NCBI RefSeq assembly: GCF_009914755.1
Contig: NC_060925.1
Source of the DNA: the human T2T-CHM13v2.0 reference genome, Homo sapiens
Strand: one strand, 5' to 3'
Length of the DNA stretch: 64,000 nucleotides
The position numbers were made by a program, and so were the translations under genes. The notes under the pieces were generated by a model, which saw nothing but the letters and a program-made list of their open reading frames with translations, searched no databases and was not told the origin of the DNA. Positions 56,705 through 64,000 of the stretch are shown one piece after another. Position 1 is the first letter of the stretch. Each line of letters opens with the position of its first letter.

Positions 56705-57305
56705 CTCATTTATTCATCCATTCAATGACTATTTATGGCTATGTGTTAGGCTCTGTTCTAATCATCAGGGCACAGCAATGAACAAGACACACTCTAGGGG
56801 CTTACTTTTGGTGAAGAGGAGCCGACATAAACAAAGTAAACAAATAAATAAGATCATTTCAGATTTTAGTAAGTGCTGTGAAGAATAAAAAGCAGGACCA
56901 TGTGACAAAGAGTGGCTGTGAGTGAAGAGTAAGAGAATTGATTGGTTAGGAACGGCTCTCTGAAGAGGTGACATTTAAGCTAAGGCCTGACTGACAAAAG
57001 GGGCCAACCATGTGAAGATCTGGGGACACAGTGTTCTGGGCAGAGGTTACAGTGAATGCAAAGGCCCTGAGGCAGAAATGAACTCAGTGCACTTGAGGAA
57101 CTGAAAAAAGGCCAGTGTGGCTAAAGCTAAACCAAAGGAGAGCGTTTTAAGAGATGAGGTCAGAGAAAAGCAGGGACCAGATCCTGTAGGGCTTCCACCA
57201 CGCCATGGTAAGGGGTTTGGATTTTATTCTAAATGCAGTGAAAGCCATTTTGATATTAAGTGGGACAGCAATGAGATTTGATTTGCCTTTTAAAAAGATT
57301 ACTTC
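56705..57305 (-). mobile_element. L2 (L2a-like) 3' region
   Basis: Starts with the reverse complement of the L2 (GAAT)n end; contains 'gaggtgacatttaagctaaggcctga...tttggattttattctaaatgcag'. Confidence 0.75.
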
Positions 57306-57399
57306 TAATCCTGCCACCCCCCGTCCACACTCCTAAGTATAAATGTGCAAGTGCATGCACCCACTTTCTCTTAAGAGCATCATTATTTTGCCAGTTAGG

Positions 57400-58520
57400 T
57401 AGTCACATGTGAGTCTCTCCCTGCCTCCATTCAGTCTATTCCCAAATCCCATCAAGTCAGCCTCAGTAGTGTTTATGAAGCTCAACTCCCCTTTGCATTT
57501 TTATTGCCAGCTTTCTAATTCAAGTCCTTATCATTTCTCCCTAGAATTACTTCAGTAACTCTCAAACTGGTCTTCTGATCCTTCTGCAATCCAACCCATG
57601 CACTACTGTCAGATTATGTCTCTGAAAAATAAAGGTGTGCATATGTCACTCCTGCTCAAGAACGTTTAATGGCTCCCCAGTACCGAAGAAATGAAATTGT
57701 AATTCTCTAACCCACTGTTTAAGATCCTCTACCAGGTACCTTTATTTATTTATTTATTTATTTTTGAGATGGAATTTCGCTCTTGTTGTCCAGTCTGGAG
57801 TGCAATGGTGAGATCTCAGCTCACCGCAATCTCTGCCTCCTGAGTTCAAGCGAGTCTCCTGCCTCAGCCTTCCCGAGTAGCTAGGATTACAGGCATGCGC
57901 CACCACTCCTGGCTAATGTTGTATTTTTAGTAGAGACAGGGTTTCTCCATGTTGGTCAGGCTGGTCTTGAACTCCCGACCTCAGGTGATCCGCCCGCCTC
58001 GGCCTCCTAAAGTGCTGGGATTACAGGCGTGAGCCACCACGCCCGGCCTCTACCAGGTATCTTGAACTGCTCTTCTCTATCCTCTCCACATTTGCCTACA
58101 TTTATCCTATGTTCTGGCCAAACTGGTTTACTTCCTCTTCTCAGAACATGACTCTTTATTTATGCCATTTTCTGGGTCTGAATTGACATTTCCTCCAATA
58201 ACATCTGTTGAGCTCCTATACTAGTCAATCCCTAGAGAGTCAAATGATACCATCTCCATGACACTCTCGCTGCTCTTTCTGACTAGATGTGAACCTCCCA
58301 TAGGATTTTGTCTGAACCTGTTTAAGGCATTTATTATATTCTTTGTATTACAGTTATCTGTGTACATGTCTTACTCCCCTATTATATTATTAGCTCCTTA
58401 AGGATGGGGACTGAATCGTATTCATTTTTTATGCCTATTAAGTTCCTAGCAGAAAACATGATGTGAAGGAAGTGCTTGATAAATATTCGTTGAAGAATGA
58501 ATGAACAAATGAATAAATAG
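57400..58520 (+). mobile_element. L2 3' region interrupted by an Alu
   Basis: Ends 'gtgcttgataaatattcgttgaagaatgaatgaa'. Confidence 0.65.
57740..58048 (-). mobile_element. Alu (AluSp-like)
   Basis: Full antisense Alu; TSD TCTACCAGGTA. Confidence 0.95.
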
Positions 58521-59324
58521 ACAAATAGACACTAAAATTCATGTTTGGGCTGCATCACGCAATAAGATGATTTTAGAAAATTATGAATAATCATAAGAGG
58601 GAATGAGAAGGGTCTAGTCCTTTAATCTTCACAATGGCATTGAAGGGCCCCTAGGAAACACAAATAAGCCTGGAAATAGGTTTCCATTGTTTTACATGGA
58701 ATGGATGTCAGAACAAGTCACTTGGGAGTTGCTGAAAATTATGCACTGTGTTAACAGTGCCCTAGGACATAGATTCCATGTCTGTGCCTCCCCGCTATCC
58801 ATGGTCCTTCAATCCCCGTGGTAGGTTTATGGGAAATAATGTAAAACCATCTCCCTTAGCAATTAATTTTGAGTTGAGCAGTTTCTTTTGAGAAAAAAAG
58901 ATAAAAGTTTCAGCTAATTTCCTAATTCTTTGCTGTACTATATTAGCATTCCAGAAAGACTAAAGTGTGTGTTGGGGTTTACCTCAATCAATTGCATTGG
59001 TGAGTTCATTTATCTTAAGTGACTTTGCTTTGGAACAAAGATAGTGAATGAACCTCCTCATGGAGCAAAGACTTCTATTTATGTAGAAAATGGGCGTAAC
59101 ATTTGCTTGGAAAGCAATGAGGCAACTTTTCCTCACTCACTGTCTTTTGCCTCAGGCACTGACCTTGACTCTCTTTATGAGTAAGAGGATACCTAGGTGT
59201 CCCTGTTGTTATTTAAATTACATATATTGTTAATATATTGTAAACCATCTATTATTAATTATGTCTGAGAATCATGAAACTCCATGAAGTAACGATGCCT
59301 TGTTTTTATTACTTTAAAAAAATT

Positions 59325-59788
<464 letters not shown>

Positions 59789-61989
59789 TGGCCTTATTCC
59801 TTTTTAATAGTTAAAAAGACTCCCCTCCTGAAAGATTAAGGAATCCACCAAAGATCAGTCCCTCAGTGTGAGAGAGAAGCATGGCATTTGACACTCACCT
59901 TGGGCTACTGCTTCTCATGAATTTCGTCTATCCCACACACCTTGCCTACCAACAAGCTTGATAGCAGTTGTGGTCTGAATAGCACAAGTGTTTCCCTGCA
60001 TCATTTACATTCTTTTTCTGTTCTGTTCTTTTAACTTTACAACAGTCTGTACTTACTCTGAAATATGAAGTTCTCTTAGCATATCCTAGAGGAAGAGAGT
60101 GAAAGCAAGGCTTTCAAACTCTGGTTTCCAAGAGTTTATGTAACCAGGGTTTTACTAAGCTTCTGAAAGTCTCTGTTTTCTCTGGGTCTTAGTTCCTGGC
60201 CTTCAGGACCCAACAACTGTTCCATTGCTCAGACAGCCCAGAAAAGAATCTTCTTTTTCAAATACTATTTTTCTATCTGTTTCTAAAAGAAGTCAGTGGG
60301 GAAAGTAAGGGTGTGAGTACCGTCCTTAGAGAGGAACGAGGTATTTACTCTCTTGCTTGTGGTTCTCTGAAGGAGGAAGGAAGAGAGTACATTTCTATTA
60401 TAACATTTGGCTCCTTGGGGTCAAAAGCACTCTCTTGCAGTCCAGGAAAATGAGGTAAAAATACCATCTCTGCATTTCATCAAGGTAATCCACAATGGGT
60501 ACAACCACGACAGAGTAGAAGGGACATGAAAGTTTGGGTGCAAATCCTGGTTCTTCTTTTAACAAACAGGGAAATTCTGTGCAAAATGCTTCACCTATCT
60601 ATAGTTTGGCTTGCCTAACCTAAACAGGAACAAAAGTACTTGGTATGTGAAATTTTGCAGTTTAAATGGAATGGCACATATAAAGCAACTGCTATGTTTA
60701 TAGACAAGAGAGAGAAATACAAGCTGATGACAGAGGAATCTGATGGATTGGTAACAGAACAATGAAAAGATTTCTTATGACCTCCCAAAGAGCTCTGTCT
60801 TTGAGCCTGTCCTACTCAATTTAGATAGCAATGATTTGGCTAAAACTATAGAAAATACTTTTAAAAATCTCATTTGAGGATGTTACAAAATTAGAAGATC
60901 ACTGACTTTCCTGGTAAAGAAGAAAAAAAAAGTAGGAGAGATGACCATCAAATGCCAAAAAAAAAAAAGAAGAAGAAAGAAAGAAAAAACCTTCAAAATA
61001 TCAATTCTAACAAGACAAATTTCAAAAGTGATAAAAGCAGAAATAATTTCAGCCCCACATAAAAATTACAAAAGTCCAAGTTGCCTACATAGAAGCATGT
61101 GTTTAAAAGGAGGAGGAGAAAAGGCTAGAGTAAAGGAGATGAAGTAGGGGGAGGAGGAGTTTATACTTATGTGATGAGGTGCTGGAAAAATCAAATGCAC
61201 TCTCAGGCTGCACCCAGAGAAGTGTGGACTAAAGCAAGGGAGGTGATAGTTCACCTACTCCTTGTGGAGCCACGCAATCAATTTTGAATGCTTCTGTTTA
61301 AAAGGACCACAGACAAACTGAAGTGCATTCAGTATAGTAGCTGGAGAGAAAGAGAGATTTCTATATCATGTCCTATAAGGAACTCAGAATGTTCTGCTGG
61401 AAGAAAAGAAGTCTTCGGGGGACGCTCACACCTGTTTTCAAATACAGGAAGGGCCATGTCATGGTAAGATGCGTAAGGCTCACTCTCCATGTCTCCACAG
61501 ATAGAACCAGGACCAACAAGTAGATAAAAGCAAAGCCCACTTGTGCTTCCACAGAGCGTGTGTGGTTCCTTGGGGTTGGTGGGGGCAGCAGGCATTATCA
61601 GACACCAGAGGAGACCAGACCAAGGAACGCAAGATTTCCTTCTACTCTTAGAAATCCATAGCAGCCATTGACTCCAGAGTCATCCAGAGTTTTCTCTGAG
61701 GAAAGGTCTTTGGGAGAGAAGTCCAAAGATAAGTGCTTTTAGGGGGATACCATGCATTTATTTATTTATTTAGCTCTGAGTTCTGGGCAAGTGCTGATTT
61801 CAATCAGCAGCATGGTACTAAGGACAGCATACTGGATTTTGAGACAGATTAATCTGGGTCAAACCGCAGCTCTGACACTTACATGCTATTTGACTTTAGG
61901 CAAATTACTTGACTTCTCCAAGCCTCACTTTTTTCATCTACCCATATTATTACTTAGTTTAAGGGTTGTTGGGAGAATTAAATGACATA

Positions 61990-62148
61990 CCACATCTCAC
62001 TGATTCTAAGATGCACATTTTTTAACATTGATAGTGTGTATGGTATACATACAGTTTGACTGGGTATGTTTTTTTTCTTTCATAGTGGCATGTAAAGTAA
62101 TGTGGGTCTTACAAAAATCAATGGCAACTTACATTCAAAGGAATATGG
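61990..62148 (+). mobile_element. MER104/Kanga-like TcMar-Tc2 MITE nested in a MIR (~61810-62205)
   Basis: 'ccacatctcactgattctaagatgcacatttt' ... 'cttacattcaaaggaatatgg' resembles the Kanga2/MER104 termini; MIR sequence on both sides. Confidence 0.6.
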
Positions 62149-63349
62149 TGACATATATTAAATAATTAGCATAATGGCTGACACACAGTGAGTACTCAGT
62201 ACAATGTTAATTTCATCCTTCCTGTTTTAGACAACTGCTTCACAACCTCTTGAGGAACAGGGAGGTTCTAAATAATTAATAATTGGAAGAAGCCTACAGA
62301 TTTCCAATGTGGAAAATTAATGAGAAAGTTTGCACCCATGGGATCCTATGGAAGATTATTTCTTTTATAGACATGCATATATAAAATATACATGTATATA
62401 TATTTTTTCTCATCCCATTTCCTATGGTAGGGTAAATATTCTACAACTTTCCAACTCTGCTTGCTCAGTATATTTTAGTTCAACGTGAAATTCATTTATT
62501 GAGCACAAGGCTAAATGTGTTTGCCTGCTTTATCTTAGGAAGGAGGATATCCCTGCGATCACCAAGCCTCTACCCTTATCTTCCAAACCAGTCACTTACC
62601 ACAGATGTCTTGTCAAGCTGAATATCCTCCAGATCTGACTTCTTTCCTCTACTGGTGCTCAATACAAGATGCTTTACTTTGTCACAAGAAGCATATAATA
62701 AACTCAAAGCTGCAAGGATATATCTGTAAGGGAAATTTTTTCTTGATCTGGCTGGCCTTGAACATAATCACCAGAAAGACTTTTTGTGCTCAGATATTAT
62801 GGTTGTAAATGAGGATTTTTTTCCTCACATAAGAATGTATCTAGTCCATTATAAAATGTTATCAAGCAAGTTGTGTCACTGTTATTTTGTGCTAGTGAGT
62901 TACCCAGGTTAATTACATATTACTACAAAGTCATCTTCTTTATAGCTGCCTTACATTTTAAAACTATTTAATGGTATATATCATCTTATCTTGCAGCAAT
63001 ATTAGAAATTCATTTGCTAGATCTGTCTCTGTCTCTCTCCCCCTTGCTCAACTTCTAGACAGTAGATTGCTGCTTGGTACCCTGCCTGAGGATGTGCAGT
63101 GGCAAAGCCAAGCTTTGTTTTTGTTGGTATGGTCAGTTAGCTAGTCAGTCAATGGTCACTGAGGGCCCACTGTATACCCATCACTGCTCTAGGTTCTGAG
63201 ACTAACTGGAGAGATACAATCTAGACCTTCAAGGCATTCATCTATGGCAAAGACATGAAACAGATGTCATATTGAGCAGGAGCTGTCTCAAGTGACCAAC
63301 ACTTAAGTGACTAATCTGTGGTCTCCATTCACTCCTTAAATGTAAAGAT

Positions 63350-63670
63350 GGCCAGGTGCAGTGGCTCACACCTGTAATCCCAGCACTTTGGGGGCCAAGG
63401 TGGGAGGATCACTTGAGCCTAAGAGTTCAAGACCAGCCTGAGCAACATAATGAGACCCTGTCTCTACAAAAACATTTAAAAATTAGCTAAGTGTGGTGAT
63501 GCACTCCTGTAGTTTCAGCTACTCAGGCTGAGGTGGGAGAACTGTTTAAGCCTGAGAGGTCAAAGTTGCAGTGACTGTGATTGTGCCACTGCATTCCAGC
63601 CTGGGCGACAGAGGGAGACTCTGTCTCAAAAAATAAAAATAAAAATAAAAATAATAAATAAATAAATAAA
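63350..63670 (+). mobile_element. AluJ
   Basis: AluJ-type 'gggaggatcacttgagcc'; (AAAT)n tail. Confidence 0.92.
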
Positions 63671-63673
63671 TGA

Positions 63674-63997
63674 GGCTGGGCGCGGTGGCTCACGCCTGTA
63701 ATCCCAGCACTTTGGGAGGCCGAGGCAGGCAGATCATGAGGTCAGGAGCTCGAGACCAGCCTAGCCAACATAGTGAAATCCAGTCTCTACTAAAAGATAC
63801 AAAAAAAAAAAAATAGTCAGGAGTGGTGGCGGGCTCCTGTAATCCCAGCTACTCAGGAGGCCGAGGCAGGAGAATTGCTTGAACCCTGGAGGCAGAGATT
63901 GTGGTGAGCCAAGATGGAGCCATTGCACTCCAGCCCAGACAACACTGTGAGACTCTGTCTCAAAATAAATAAGTAAATAAGTAAATAAATAAATAAT
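63674..63997 (+). mobile_element. Alu (AluS-like), directly after the AluJ tail
   Basis: Full Alu with a (TAAA)n tail. Confidence 0.92.
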
Positions 63998-64000
63998 TGT

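Noticed and set aside
59893-59901. Consensus donor AAG|GTGAGT on the minus strand
   Set aside because: No convincing partner acceptor or promoter nearby; isolated donor-like sites are common in long introns.

Overview
Primate (almost certainly human, 1q21) genomic DNA covering the 5' part of BCL9, the Wnt/beta-catenin co-activator, on the minus strand. Five coding exons can be read with canonical GT-AG boundaries and a continuous frame: 8179-8231 (start codon at 8231), 6869-7185, 5452-5641, 4165-4264, and 1250 to <1, which runs off the window. Together they give residues 1 to ~636, including HD1 (Pygo-binding), HD2 (beta-catenin-binding) and HD3. Upstream lie the untranslated part of the ATG exon (8232-8490), two non-coding exons (13209-13291, 15164-15298) and a CpG island (~19.5-21.1 kb) that looks like an internal alternative promoter with one or two first-exon donors. 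The remaining ~43 kb is a large intron or upstream region rich in Alu, L1, L2, MIR and DNA-transposon fossils. I see no new multi-gene system. The most interesting unexplained signals are: a uORF-dense leader including a 68-aa basic uORF ahead of a weak main start codon; a ~137-nt near-perfect palindrome and a perfect 16-bp hairpin at 43-44 kb; a palindrome-rich homeodomain/SOX/TCF enhancer candidate at ~45.3-45.55 kb; candidate extra 5'UTR exons; closely spaced inverted Alus; and a locally copied Alu tail. Repeat family names come from recalled consensus sequences, and repeat boundaries are approximate.
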